The notes under the pieces were generated by a model. That model made no database searches, was not told the DNA's origin, and worked only from the letters and a program-made list of their open reading frames with translations. A program made the position numbers and the translations under genes. This document shows positions 36,401 through 51,720 of a stretch of 64,000 nt of DNA, piece after piece (position 1 is the stretch's first letter; each line of letters begins with the position of its first letter). The stretch is from the human T2T-CHM13v2.0 reference genome, Homo sapiens, in NCBI RefSeq assembly GCF_009914755.1, contig NC_060925.1; one strand, written 5' to 3'.

Positions 36401-39400
36401 CCTCACCCTGGCATTCTGGCCAGCATGATCTGGTCCCTTGGTGCTGGCTTGGTGGCATCTGTACCCTCCAACCCCCGTACCCACACCAATGCATTCCAGC
36501 TTCAGATCAGCCTGGGTGCAAAGCTGGCCTCCACGCTTCCCGACCCGATGAATCAGGGTGAGCTCATTTCACTTGTCAGAGACCAGATACCTCAGATGTA
36601 AGAAGGGGCACACTGTGGGGGCTCTGTGAACCACTGTGTGCAGAGGCATCAGCGCTCTGACGCCATCTGTCCATGCAGAGAATGATACAGGCACCTTCTG
36701 TCGAGGGTGGATTTGAGACACACTGGCTCAAATAACCAAAAACACAACAGACTGATCTGGCTAGAAGGAAGGGCTCCCACACCATGGGAACAGAGAAGGT
36801 GATACTGAGGGCAGGGGGTACCCAGGATGGGGAGAAGGAAAAGCAGGCATGTATAACAATCTTGAAAAATGTAAGAATAGGTGGTTAGGTTTTTCTTATT
36901 TACCCCAAAATACACAAACAGTAAAACATATTTGAAGATGAAGTTGGGGTGAATTCAGAATGACAGTAGTGACTGGGTGACACTTTCTCTGACACCTACC
37001 GTAGGCCAAGTGCTGTGTGTGTTTCATTTAATTCAGACAACGTTCCCCGCTGAGGAAGCTACTTCCCAGCCCACTCTGCAGAATAAGAAACTGAGGCTCA
37101 GAAGGGTGATGTCACTGGCTCCAGGTCACACAGCCAGTCAGTGACGGAGCAGGAATCTGACCTTGGGTCTGGCTGATGAGTCTATATGTGTCCCTAACCA
37201 CTCTGGCCACTGCCTCAGGGACTCCTACCTAAAGCACCAAAAGACAAGTTCTCTCTCAGGAGCTAGTACTGTCATTTCAAACCAGGCGTCACAGGTTCCA
37301 TTCCTGGGGCAAGGCCAGGCCTGGGCCCAGCCCCAGAGCTGACGCTGGGAAGGGAGGATGCCCACAGTGGATGCCTCCATGCAGAAAGGAAAACCAGGTG
37401 GCACAGTGGAGAAGAAAGTACCAGCTGATCCACAGAACAGCCTTGAAAGGCCCAATTCCCACATGTGGGGTGTGTTACAGCAGAAGATTAAAAAAACGGG
37501 GAAAATACCCCGGGAACCGTGAAGCCCCAGACCATCTGGAGTTTTATAGTGACAGGCAGGGGAAAATCAGAACCTAATTGAAAAATGTCCACTGCAATCC
37601 ATTACTGCTGCGTGCCGCTCACAGAGCAGAGGGCAGGAGATGAAAGACAGAGGGGAGCCATCCCAGGAGCCAGGCAGGGGGTGGCATCCTCGCCTCTGGG
37701 CCAAGCCCAGGGACCCCTCAAGCTCTGGCTTGGGGAGGGGGAGGGCTGAAGCCCAAGATCCGCTGGGGGCTGGCTCAGACGTTCAAGTTGCAGGGTGGGT
37801 CCACCTTCCTCAGCAAGCCACACTCAGAGCCTTTTATGCATCTGTGGACGGGCTAAGAGCATGCAGGGGAGCCCCAGCACAGTGCCTGGCGTGCCGCTGG
37901 CACTAGGTGATGGCTCTTCTCTCCCTCTGGCTCCTGGGGAAGAACCAAGGGCCCTGTTTCACATGTGAGTTGGTGACACCATGCCGCAAACCAAAGTGCT
38001 GCAAATCAAGTCACGCAAACAGAGGTTTGTGCTGGGGATCCACCACCGGGAGCCTGAACCTGGGCTAGTCACGCCTCATTTCTGTCCTCGTTTTTCTCTT
38101 CTCTAAAATGGGGCCACCACAAACGGCTGGTAGAAGTAAATAAAAGAATATGCCCAGTGTAGGAACTGGCACATAGCTGGTGCCTAATGAATGTCAAGTT
38201 TCCTGCCTGCGGCTGGCATGGCCCAAAAAGGAGGCAGGGTTCAGTTTCTCATGCTCTAACTAAGAATCTGGACACAGAGTGAAGAGGAGGTTTGGGGGAA
38301 CAGGGCATGGCACGGGGGCAGGGGAGGAAATGCCTTCAGTTTTAGCATTTGCCAGTGACTTGCTTCTAAATAAACACATTTCTGGTTTAAGGGTAAAATA
38401 TATTGGGTTACAAAAGTCTGGCAGGCCATTCAGGGATCAACTTCTCATTTTTGTACGAACTTTTAAGTTACTTTACAACAATGATGTGGATGGGAGAAAT
38501 GCAATGCCAGCTCCTTCTCCAACATGTCAAATAATCCTGCGTTTGGCCAGCTTTAAAGGCCAGCAAGCTGGGCACTGAGGGCCGCTCCTCGCTCCTGCAC
38601 TCTGGGAGGGGCCGCTGGCTGGCCTGAGGTTACTGTCCTGTGCTCCCCCGTGGGGCTCCTTGAGGGTCTCCTCAGAGTTTGGGGCTTCGCCAGTCCTCTG
38701 TGGGGAGGTTGAGGCAAGAATGGAACGGACAGACGGGAGGAGGGTCCTGGGGGTGAGGCTGGAGGGCACTGACCCGGGCTCTTTGATTTGGACCGTGAGG
38801 CTCTCGAGGGTCTGGTGTTTGGGGATGCAGTGCCACCTGCATACATGAATGGAAAGTGGGGCATGTGCGGGGACTGAGCAGAACAGCAGCTATCACATTG
38901 ACCATGTGCCTAGGACTGGGCCAAGCTCTCCCTAAACACCATCTCACTAATCCTGCAACCCCTATTGTTACAGAGGTGGAAACTGAGTTTAGGTGAAGTG
39001 CCAGAGTCCCAGCGCTCACTCATGGGATGGAGCCTGGGTTCACCTCCAGTGCCGAGGTCTGTGCCCTGGGCACACTCTGGTCCCAGGTAGCCATGATCGA
39101 GCACTGCCATGAGAGGCAAGACCATCTGCTCACTGGGCCTTCATAAGCAGCTGGCAGGCCAGGGAGGGCTGGGGGCACACAGTGAGGCAAGGGAGAACAG
39201 GACAGAGGGACCATACACCTCCTCTGGGAGCCCATGCGGGTGGGCCTGTCCTTGGGAGGAGGATCTCAAGGCTGAGGGGGTGGGGGCTGCAGACACCCTG
39301 ACCCTTCCTCACCAGGAACACACTGACAGCTCTGGGCTGGGCTCTTCTCTGGCAAAAGTTCCTGTCTGGGCAAGAAATGGGTTCCTGTCCCCAGCAGTGC

Positions 39401-39754
39401 AGTTGAGGCATCTCCTGGAAAGGTGGCCGGCCAGCAAGGATCAAGAGAGTCACCCTTCCAGGGCATGTGGAACCCCCGAAAGTAGGAGGTGCAGGAGGGG
39501 CTGAGTCAGCTTCTCTTGGGCCCAAGTGGACAGGTGGGATCCAGGGGCTCTCCCAGTGCAGAGCTGTGGCTAGACATCGTCTGGAATGAGGAAAGAGGCT
39601 CTGCCAGGGGCCAGGGCTCCGCAGAGAGCACACAGCATAGAATGGCTGACACATGTACACCAAGCCACCAGCCACAGGCCCAGAAACGTGGACACTCACA
39701 CACTCTGATGTGAACACCTCTCCCTCCAACCAAGCCACACGTCGGAGACAGCCC

Positions 39755-40180
39755 CAACACACACCAACACACACACATGGATTCACACACACACACACAC
39801 CAAGACCCAGAAACTCCCTCACACACACACACACACACTACACCTAAACACACACACCCCAATTCACCCACACATACCATATCCCCACATATATACCACA
39901 TAACACACCCACACATATCATACCACACACACACTCCACAGCACATGAATGCACACCCCACACACACACCATACCACACATCACAGCACACCCCCAATAC
40001 ATACACATCATACCTCCCACACACACGTACCACACCCCCAACATACACACACCACACCACACACACACATACCACACGGTATACACCCCCCCCACACACA
40101 CTACACATCATACACATAAACTGTGTTTACACCCCATGACTCATATCACAAAAACACACAGGCCAGGACACACATGTTCA
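39755..40180. repeat. CA-rich low-complexity tract
   Basis: ~400 bp of degenerate CA/CCA/CATA repeats. Confidence 0.88.
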
Positions 40181-43100
40181 CACATATACCCAAAGACGTC
40201 CAAGCCCCAGACCTGCCACATTCACAAACACACTAACCCCCACCCACCAGCCACACCGACACACTGCCCCACGCATAGCACAGCACACGTGGAAACTGGC
40301 CACCTGGAACATGGATGTGCGTGTGGGGTTCACTGAGGGGCTGGGTCCACTGCGCCTCCTGACCTCTGAGTGGTGGCTGGCCTGGCCTGGCCTTGGGGAC
40401 AGCATGCATAGCCTGAGAGATCTCCACTGACCTCTCTAGCCCAATGTCTACTTCCCTCCCCACGCTGCAGCCACAGGCCACACATTGCCGCCTCCACGCC
40501 TTTGCCCATGCGGTGTCCTCTGCTCAAGGTGCCCCTGTTCACTGGCCAGTCCTCCTTGTCACTCTAGGCTTGGCTCAAGCCTGAGGCCTTCCCAGTTCTC
40601 TCACTGTCATCCCGATGCTGCGGCCAGGACTGCCGGTCCCTTACCACTCTCCTACCATTCAAGCATCACACACTCCTCTCAGAGCTCGGCCCTGGGAGGG
40701 AGAGAGGCAGACATAAGACCCCAGCGGTGAGCCTCGCACAGCCTGCCCCGCCCACACAGCCAAGCGGAGAGGAGCATGTTCCCATTTGCTGGGGGATTCT
40801 TTTTAGGTGGTGCAGTGCCTCACCATAAGCCCTGGGGGTGAGGCTGTGAGCGCTGCTTCAGGAGGAAGAAGAGGGCCACAGTGAATAAAACGGTCTCTCC
40901 AGGCCTCCAGCCTCAACCCTCTCTGCAAACAAACTCGCCCCACGGCCTCAGCAGGGGTCTCCCTCCCCCAGGGATGGCCTGGGGCTCAGGTGCTTCCTCC
41001 TCTTCCTGTGAGCCTCAGTGTTCTACTTGCAAATGGGGTGTCCTCCTGCGGTGGACATCAGGGTGTGGCCTTGGTACTGGGCACAGGACAGGTGCTCAGT
41101 AACATTAGTCCCCTTTTGGGATCCTCTCCCAAGTTCCAAGAAGAAATAGCAGGAGAGGGGTGGTGAGCAACACCTGGGTCTGAGATCCAAGTCCAGCCCT
41201 GGCTCTGCGTGACCCCGGCCCAGCCACCTCCCTTTCCTGAGCTTCACCCCGAGCTGCCTGCCCACCAGGGACCGCCTGCCCAGGATGGGGCAGTGGGGCG
41301 ATGGTACAGGTGACAGACGCATCCATGCCCAGCACTGTACAACATACATCTGGGGCTGCCTGGGGAGGGCGGAGGCCAGAGATTCTCCACCCACTGCCTG
41401 AAAGAAAACCCAGTGTCAGGTCACCAGAATTATCACACACGTACCACAGGCAAAGCTCCCTGTCTTGAGTGGGTGGAAAGAACCTGCCAGTGTGCACCTG
41501 AGGCTCAGATCCCACCAGAAATGTCCCGTGAGGCCTGAGACCTCCATCTTGCGAGGGGGCAGTGTTCAGCACCAGGCCAGTGAAGAGTGTGGGGGTGGGA
41601 GCTGGGCTGGGAAGATCCACTGGTGTGTAGCTCCTGGAGCCACAGTGACCTGAGAGAGTTGGGGGTGGGAGGCCACCAAGAGGACTCTGCTTAGTAGCAG
41701 GATAAGCTCTACCGGGAGAAATGGTGAGCCTCCCGTCCCAGACGCTCAGGGACAGAGCCGGATGATGTGTACTCATCAGGGCTGCTCAGAGGGTGCAAAT
41801 AGTTCCTAAGGTTACCTTCAGGAGATCTCCTTTAGGGGACAGCCCACAGTTTTAAATTGGTCTGGCCTGCCACCTGGGGCCAGTGGTATCAATAGGCCAG
41901 GCTAACCTGCCTTGGTCCTCCCCACACCCACCCAGCCACCCACATGATTGACCAAGAGGCCCCAAGGTGGGCTGGCCCTGTGCTGGCATCTCACGGCCAT
42001 ATGTGCATGAGGCCTAGTGGCCCACATCACACCCTCCTGCACTGATCCAGCCCAGTGCCTGGACTCACAGTGGGCACTTAGTAAAGGTAGATGGATAAAA
42101 ACAGTGATGGCCTAGACCCAGGACATCAGCCCTGCACACGCACTCAAGTTAGGGAAGGGAGGTGAATTGCAGTGGGAAACCAGTCACACACACACAAACC
42201 AAAGGAAACCAACCAGGGAGGGAAGGAGAAGCTGGGAACAGACAGAGGCAAACCCATCCGGTGGCCAAGTGCCTCCATCTGCAAAGCCCTTCTCTTCCCT
42301 GGCATCACAGCAGCCCTGTGAGAGGCAGGACGGAGTTGCTGCTTTTGAGATGGGTAAACTGAGGCACCAGGTGGTGAAGGAAACTGTCTGGGGGTCTGAG
42401 GCTCGGTCCGTTCATCCTGCAGCTGGGGGAGTTTGGTGAGGAAGGTGCCTGGTGCACAGGTCTGTAATCCACAGCTCCTCCTGTGGCCAGTGATGATGGC
42501 ACCTGGGTGATCACTCACCAAAGCTAAGGAAGGGGGAGGGCCACAGCCTTGGCTCAGAGGCCTCTGTTCAAGGGCTCACTCAGCTTCTCAGCAGTTGGGA
42601 GCCACTGCCTCCTCCCCAAATGCCCCACTGTCCACAGTGACATCTGGTTATAAGCAGGTGCCCAGCAGACTCAGCCAGAGGAGCCCCCTGGGCCAGGAAC
42701 CCTGAGGATATCCCCTTCCCTGATGGGCCTCGGTTTTCATCTGTCAAAGGGGTCCGTGTGGAATAGCACTGCACCTCCACTCAAGCGCCGGGGGGAAGGA
42801 GATGACTTAGCAGAAAGCAGAGCAGACAGGAGCAAATTCCTGGCTTTTGGGTTTCAAAATCCCAGGCCGCAGGGCCGAATGGAAAGAACTCTGGACACGG
42901 ATGAGTCACAGGCAGTTAATATTTCAAATGATGTTTCCGCCATAAACCCATCGGAGAGTGCCCAGCACAGGGGCTGGCACAGAGCGGGTGTTCGTGAACA
43001 TCTGTTAATGAATGAAAGAACCAAGCAACAAACAAATGAGCCTTGAGGGAAGTGTGGGGCGGGTGGGGAGATGGCTGGCTGCTCAGCAGTCACCTCCCAA

Positions 43101-46024
43101 ATTAGTTGGGGGCTGGGAGAGACCTTGTGATGAGGAAAGAGCAAAGCTTCCTGTACTTCCACCCTCAAACGATGCTCCAGCTGGGACAGGGACATTGGAG
43201 GGAAGCCAGACGCATGTACATGGCATGGGTCCCTAAAAGCTGCGAGGTCCTGAGCTCTGCCCCTTCACCCCTGGGGCTACGCCCTGGGGGTGCTGACAGC
43301 ACCACTAGATAGGTCTGTGGGACCTGAAGCAGGGCTGCTCCCAGCAAGGCCCAGGCTACCTGGGGCATCCAGGCAGGACTCTGGCTGTCTCAGGGAGGTC
43401 CCCTCCCCGCACTATGGAGAAGACACTGAGTCTGGGCTGGCCCTGAGGCAGCCTTTAGATGGACAGGGACAAGTAGATTCTGGCCAAAGATGGGGCAGGA
43501 TGGTTCAGCAGGTGTCAATGTGATAAATGACTCTACGGGCCCCTTGGTTCAGTGTAAGCCCCCCAAAACCCAGAATTTGCATGCAACTATGAGAGAAGAT
43601 GGGCAGTGATCTGTGAACTGCCAGAGATTTGCTACCCAGCATGTGGGGGCTCAGGATAGGAAGGGAGTGAAAGGAACATTTAAAGTTACATTTTTTTTCT
43701 CTTTCTCACTCCAGTTTGTGGACTTCAGGTTTGGACCTGACATAAGTGAAACAGAGAGCACTAGCAGTCCTCCCTCACGGGGAAGTGGTCCTCCCTCATG
43801 GGGACGTGGACACGGGAAAAGCGAGGAAAACTGCCGCTGATGGGCGCCCTCAAGTCAGGCCATGCTACTCTTTCGGCGGACTGCCTTGTTTAACCTCCGG
43901 AGTGCTCTAGACAGAAGGTGCCACCGTAATCGCCTTTCCTAGATGAGGAGACAGAGGCTCCCAGAGGGCCTGAGCCCAGGGCCCCTGAGGAGTGAGAGCA
44001 GCAGTGGGAATGGAGCCAGGGTTGAGGAATGAGCCCAGGGCTGTCTGATAGCAAACCCCTGGCCCCTGTGCTTATGTTGCATTAAGTCAAAAGCAGAGTG
44101 GTCTATTGATTTAGGAAACACTAGCCCAAGGGGAAGAAATGACTACAAACAAAGGACTAAATGTTTCCATGTCAACAGAAAATAATGCTAGCAACAACAG
44201 CCACTGCAGTAAGCGCACTGGTCTCTCTTAAAACCCCAAATCGCCAGCTGTTCGGCTCAGAACAGGTTGGAAAGTTCTGGAAGGGTGTGGGGGAGGTGAC
44301 CCACCCCTCACCTGCATCTCGGATGTCCCAGGGGTCTGAGAGGGAAGTGGTCATCTGCCGGCCAGGCAGGCCATCCGGCTCTCACATGAGCCTTCCCTCT
44401 TATTGGGCAAGGGAGAAACACCCCGTGGCCACCACTTGCAAGAGAGGACCGTGTCACTGAGAAAAGTTACATCCACACGGGAGAGCAGGAAGGGGCCCCT
44501 GAGGAGAAGCACGCTGTGAGGAGCTCCATGGAGAACCAAGGGGTGGCGGGAGGAGCCGTTCTGGGGCGCGCAGCCCAGCCCAGATGCCTGGCTCAGCAGA
44601 GCTGCGCCACCCGACTCAGAGGGACGCCTGGAACTCATTAGCATTATGTCAGGAATAATATAAAATTAAAACATTTAGCTTTGGCTTCTAAAATTAAGGA
44701 GGACAAAAAGAAAAGGATGCCATTGTGCTGAACCGCTCGGCTATGACCTGGGCACCAATAATTTACAGAAAATAGATCACTGCATTGCACTTGGGCCCAG
44801 TCAGGAGCCCGGGGTTGCCAATAGGGCTGAGGACTAAGAGAGGAGCCCGCAACTCTGCTGGAGATGGGAGAAGGGGAAGGTTGGGAGCCAGGGTGCAGTC
44901 CGGCCCCCGGGGCACAGTGAGGCCTTCGGGCAGCTCACTTGCCAGGGCAGCACCAGGTACATGTGCATCCTGCCACTCTCTTCCCTGGCCCCCCACCTCT
45001 AGGCTGGCCGTTGCTCCCAGATCCATCATCTCTCCTGCAGCAGGGAGACCCCTAAATTGCAAGCCTCTCCTTGCCACTCCCAAACCCTATGGGTGGCTCC
45101 ACTGCCTTCAGGATACCACCCTCAGCCCAGCACTTCCAGCATCTCGCCGACTGACCTCTGGGGACCCTCCAGCTGTAGCTGGCTCCCCAAGCTCCCTGGT
45201 CCCTCTCCAGGTTCCTGTTACACTGACCACTTGGGCCATCAGAACTTCATATCTATGTGTTTTTATATATGCTGTTCCCTCAGCCTGGAATTCCCTCAAG
45301 TCAGGCTCAGCTCCAACACTGGTTTCTTTGTGAGGTTCTGGGCTTTGGGGCAGGTCCTGGGCCCAAAGCCTCTCTGGGTTCACCCTAGCCCAGGGGTAAA
45401 TGCAAATGGCTGGGCTGGGCTGCGTGGGAACCCAAGCCTCACACAATGTCAGTACTGGCCAAACCTCCAAGGACCTCATGTTGTGGGTGGGGACACCAAG
45501 GCAGCCCAGAGAGGGCAAGGCTCCCCAAGGCTTCCCCTGCCACCAGCTTTTTGCAGGCCCCTGGATCCTTAGGGCAGGCTCTTCCTGCTCCTGTGTGCTC
45601 ATTGTGGGAAACAGAGTGCTCAAGAGTCATCCAGACCTGGATTCAAATCCTGATTCCCCTCCAATTCTGTGAAAACCACCTAATACCCTAATTTGTCTGC
45701 ATTGCCAGGGAGGTAATGACAGTAGAGTATCACCCCTCCCAGGGCTGTGGAGAGTCAGCATCAACACGGCAGTAACACAGTCTACACTACCTGCAACCCC
45801 ATGCAGAGACACTGTGGTCCATGGACCCCAAGGACAGGGGGCCTGATGGGGTAGACACAGGCTCCTGGCTCCTCAGGAAGGCAGTCTGGGCAGAGTCCCC
45901 AAAGCCTGACCTGTCCGGCGGCATCATGGGGCAGACTGTCATGCTTTTATTCAGTCATTCATCAGCCATTCATTCATTTCCTCACTCGCTTATTCACTCA
46001 GCTAACTGTTCATAGCCAGACACC

Positions 46025-46275
46025 CAAAATACGCTGTTAGTGAAAAAATCAAGTACCTAAACAGTAAGTATAGTATGATTCCATTTTAGTAAAGAGTGTA
46101 ATTATACACACAGAGAGCAGCCTGGAAAAATACTCCAAAATATTAAACAATGGTTATTTCTGAGTGGTGTAGTTAGGGATAACTTTTCCTTTTTTCCTTA
46201 CATTTCACTCTCTACTTTCTACTTCTTTACATATTATACTTATTGCTTTATATTTTACACTATGTTGTTTTGCTA
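46025..46275 (+). mobile_element. Old L1M (L1MC/ME-like) 3' fragment
   Basis: ttagtgaaaaaatcaag...tatagtatgattccatttt...aacaatggttatttctgagtgg in an AT-rich block. Confidence 0.6.
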
Positions 46276-49200
46276 AAGTTTAAAAAAATTTACAGTGGGC
46301 AGCGTCATACTTTCATGGACAGATTTAGTCACAATTCTAGACTTCTTGCCTAGTGCTACGTGTGCCCTTGCGTGAGTCGCTGCAGAGGGCGGGACCCTGG
46401 ATGCCCCCTGCTGCATCTGGAGCCAGATCCGGTCCATGCGCTGGCTCCTGTCCTACGTGACATGAGCAAAGGGCTTTCCTCTGGACTCATTTTCCACATA
46501 AGAATACAGGGACAACACGATGGCTTCCAGAGGGGATCTGAGGATTAAGGAAGACATGGATGGGGACCAACTTGCCGAAGGGCAGGGGATACAGCTCATG
46601 GTGACAGTGGTGTGCCTGCATCAGGGAAGTGAGACCCACCCACCGATGCACTGAAGGATGTGGGTGCCTCCTCGCAGGGTGACGCCACCAAGCTCCTGTT
46701 TCACACATGATGGCCAGGGACGCCTGAGGAGGCAGGGGGCTGGTGTAATTAGATACTGGTGACAGGCAGACTCACTCCTAAGAGCAGAGGAGCCAGAGGC
46801 AAGCCCACGCCACAAACCTTGGCAGGGAGGGCGAGGATGACATTTCACTCTGCAGCAGCAGCCAAGAGTCATGGGGCACTGGGGAGGAGCGAGTGCTCCC
46901 TCAACACCATCTCTGCAGCCTCAGCCAAATGTCTGGGGACACATCCCTGAGCCATCTGGATGGGGTGCAGCTTCGGATCAGGAAGACCAGGTTCAAGTCC
47001 CAGCCCTGCTGCTTACTCGCCTGTGTCCTCAGGCACGTTACTCAGCCTCTCTGGTCCTGGAGGTGTCTTCTGGAAAACGGGGTTAACACTCCCTGTTTGC
47101 AGGTTTATTGCAACGACTACATGAGATGAGAGATGGCAGGGCTCGTCAATCTGGCCTTGGGACAGGGTCCATCCAGCAGTGCCAATACACCAGCAACAGG
47201 TGGCACACTCCATGCAACCGACACCAAGGTGCCTCTGCTGCTATCATTCTCTTCTGCGGCCATCATTCTCTTTCCAGAATGTTCTTCTCCTGCCACTTCA
47301 TCTGGCTGAGTCCTGCTCATCCTCCAAGCTTCAGCTCATAAGCCACCTCTTCCAGGGAGCCTTCCTAGATTTCCCTGTTGTTAAGACTAGGCTGCCCTGG
47401 GGTCCCCCACCATGCCCTTCCTTCCATCACAGCCCCTGGACTCAAGCATTGTAACTGCCGGGCTCTGCGCCTCTTTCTTCCCCTGACTGGGTATGGAAGG
47501 CTGACACAGAATGGACCTGGTCCTGACTGGCCTCTTATTCCAGGGCCCAACAAGGGACTGGACATACAGCAGGTGCTCAGGGCATGCTTGCTGACTGCAA
47601 CGCTGTGCTCGATCAGGGTTAGCCACCCTTGTTTCACCTCACCGCTGGGGAAGGAGAAAGGCTCTTTTCTTTTAAAATCCCAGAAGGTCTGAGTTGAAAG
47701 GGATGTTAGAGGACGTCTACCCATTTTGCAGATGGGAAGACTGGGGCTGGGTAAGGCGAAAAGACCTGCTCAAGGCTGCCCAGTACATGTCAGTGGTGAC
47801 ACAGAGACAGAGAGCCAGGGCTCCAGACTCCCAGCCCAGTGCCCTCTGATCCTTGGCCTCGGGGCTGTCTTTTCACAGCCAGAGAGAGGGCAATAGCCAA
47901 GAGCTGCATGCTCAATGGGGCTGAAGGTGGCAAGACCAACAATGCACCCTGGTCTGGCCACCTCCATCTCCCCTCGTCAGCACGGAACCTGCCTGAGCTC
48001 TACTGTACTTCTCACTGCTGGCTCCTGCCTTTGATGGATGGAAGGTGTCACTTACCTCCGCCAGGCTCCACTTCCCAGGCCCTGACCCAGGCAGGGCTCC
48101 CCCAGCACACCTACCCCTCCAGAACGTCACCAATGGCCAAAGCCCTCTGATGGCCCCCACAGGCCTACTCAAGCCTGGGAACATATTTGCGAAGGCCAAC
48201 GCAGTGGGTTTTCATCATTTTTGGTATGGCCGTACATTCTGGAATACAAACTTGGTGAATCAGGCTCAGACTGGGTTTAACGAATTCTATTTCCCTGCCC
48301 CTCTGCTGAGCCAAGCCTGGCTGTCAGCGATCACCAGGACAGAATGGCAGTGATTTCTCATTAGAAATATGGTTCATAAAGTCGATTTCCATTTTATTGG
48401 AGCAGCCAGGAGCAGCCAAACACGGCCCAGTGGTGGCTGTCTCTGTGAGGGGGCAGCAGGGAGGACTTGGTTTTTTCATCTGTGCTTTATTGTGTTTTAC
48501 ATGTTTTCTGCAATAAGCATATAAAACTTTTACAAATATTTATTTTTCAAAACTCAAGGACAGACTCCTCCTGCTTCTCCCTCCCGCCTCCCTGCTGGCC
48601 GCATCCTCTGCTGCTGTTTTCGCACGGGGGGCATTTCTGCTGAGTGCAGGCTGAATGTCTCCCCTCCAGCTGCCGCACTCCATGGGACTTGGGGGCCAAA
48701 GATGATCTCACAGGGCCGTTCTGGCTCTGGCACTCCACATCCAGGGTGTGCCCCAGGGCACCTGAAGGTGGGGCTCAGGTGGGTGAGTACTGAGAGCCTC
48801 CCTTCACACCAACACGGGACTTCAACCTTGCATGCACATCTCTAACGGGAGGCCCGGTCTGCACACAGCACTGAGTGAGGCTTTAGCATGTTACTGCTGG
48901 TATTCCCGTGTCCACCATGGACAGGGGCTCTCGGGGCAGGAACGAGAGAAGGGCCACATATCACGCATGGACGCCTGCTCCAGCTATGCTAATACCCACA
49001 ACCTCGACTCATCCCGTGACAACGCTGCCATGCCACCAGGGTTATCCCTGCTCGCATTTCTACCACTTTGTCATGCTGCCTTTGCTGTGATGAGAACCCT
49101 GGGCCTGGCTCTTTGGGACAGGTCTTGGAGGAGCTCAGAAGTTGCTGAGGTGCTCTGACAAGGTAAGGGTTATAGACAGCCTCTGCCCTGGGAAGGCAAA

Positions 49201-49277
49201 CCTAGAGGAAGGTCAAGCGTGGGCCAGATTTTCTGGCTGACATTATGCTTGCATCTGTTTCCCTGTGGTCATCCATG

Positions 49278-50236
49278 AACCTTCAATAAAGTCAGTTATT
49301 TTTTTATAGCTCTGTTGAAAGGTACTTCACATAATCATAAAATCCACTCATTTGAAGTATACGATTCAGTGATTTGGAGTATATTCACAGCATTGTACAA
49401 GCATTACCACAATCAATTTTAGAATATTTTTATCACTCCCGAAAGAAACCTTGTATCTACTAGCAGACAGCACTCCCTATTCCTCCCTCTCCCAAATCCC
49501 TAGAAACCACTGATCTACTTTCTATTTCTATAGATTTGTCTATTCTTGACACATCACGTAAGTTGAATCATGCAATCTGTGGTCTTTAGTGACTGGCTTC
49601 TTTCACTAGCGTCATGTTTTCAAGGCTCATCCATGCTGTCACATGTGTCGATACTTCACTCTTTTTGATGGCTAAATATTTTCCATTGTATGGATATACC
49701 ACATTTTATCTATCCATCCCTCCATTGATGGACATCTAGGTTGTTTCCACCTTTGGCTATTATGATGAATGCTGTTGTGAACATTCATGTACAAGCTTTT
49801 CTGTGGACATTTGTTCTTATTTCTCTTTGCTCTATACCTAGGAGAGACATTGATGGATCATATGTTAACCACTGATCATTTGAGGAACTGCCAGACTGTT
49901 TTCCAAAGCTACTGCACAATTGCACATTCCCATCAGGGTACAAGAGTTCCACTTTCTCCACCTCCTTGTCAACACTCGTTATTGGCATCTCTTTGATTCT
50001 AGCCCTTCTAGTGGGTGTGAAGTGGTAGCTCCTTGTGGTTCCGATTTGCATTTTCCTGCTGGCTAATGTTGAGCAACTTTTCATGTGCTTTGGGCCATCT
50101 GTATCTCTTCTTTGGAGAAATGTCAGGTCAAGTTCCTTGCCTATTTTTAAGTTATGTTATCTTTTTCATTATTAAGTTGAAAGAGTTCTTAATATATTCT
50201 AGGTACAAGTCCCTTATCAGATATGTAATTGCAAAA
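49278..50236 (-). mobile_element. L1MB-like LINE, 3'UTR and ORF2 end
   Basis: gactggcttctttcactagc...tccattgtatggatataccacatttt...ggttgtttccacctttggctatt...gaggaactgccagactgttttccaaag. The reverse translation MQIGTTRSYHFTPTR resembles the L1 ORF2 C-terminus. Confidence 0.88.
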
Positions 50237-51272
50237 GCAAAGTCAATTTTGAGCTGAAACAACAACAGCTAACATTTCTTGGGTACTTCCAATGTTCCAG
50301 GCCCTATTTCAAGTGCTTGTATGTGTATTAAGTATTTTAACTCCCACAACGCCATGAGGTAGGTATGGTTGTTATTAATATCATCCCCATATTACCAATG
50401 GGCAAACAGAGTCACAGAGCAGCACCCTGCTCAGGTCACCCACCTAGGAGGCCACAGAATGAAAGCTTGGGGCATTAGGGAAGGTCACGCCCACCCTTGA
50501 GCTAGCACTCCAACTGGGAAGTGGTGCCCCTGTGGCTGGCATGGGGTGGCAGCAGCAAGAGGCCCCTTAATGGGGACATGACTCCCTGATAGGCATCAGA
50601 GCCACCAGGTTCAGCCCAGCTCATGATATTTTCTCTCTCCTTTGCCAGCCCTGTATTCAATTTTATTCGCAAAGAAGTCAGTTTCCTTACAGGCATGCAT
50701 GCTCAAATTGGGTGGAAAAGGAATTTCCTTCCACAAGGGATTCCAGACACTGGCTCAGGAACCGACCCACTGCAAATCATAGATGATGATGTTTCAGAAC
50801 GATGATGTCAGCACCAGAAGCAGCTCAGCCCCCATTAACACATTAGCAAGTGAGCATCCCTGGCCTTGCTCTGCAGTAGGCCTGGGCTGGAAGAAGGTAG
50901 GGCTGCTGGGAACAGAGGCCTCTGGGGGAGGCTTGCCCCAGGGCTGGGAGGGTTAGACATGACAGTGCGTAGAGCGAACACACACTCACACTGAGTTAGG
51001 TTCAAACTGCCCTTTGACATCTCCATTCTGGGCTCCTACCCAAGGCTGAGGCTGGAGGTCAGACTAGTTTTATGCAAGAAGATGATAAAATATTGGCATT
51101 ATGAACTATGAGTGGCGGAAGATAAGTCCCACAGTCGGGGAAAAGCTGAGTGAACAGTGCCACAGTCCCCACACTGGATGACCATACTGCTGTGAAACCA
51201 CAATTATCAAGTACCATGGCGCAATGGCAGATTTCTTAGTCATAATGCTAAAACCACCAACATGAATATTAA

Positions 51273-51720
<448 letters not shown>

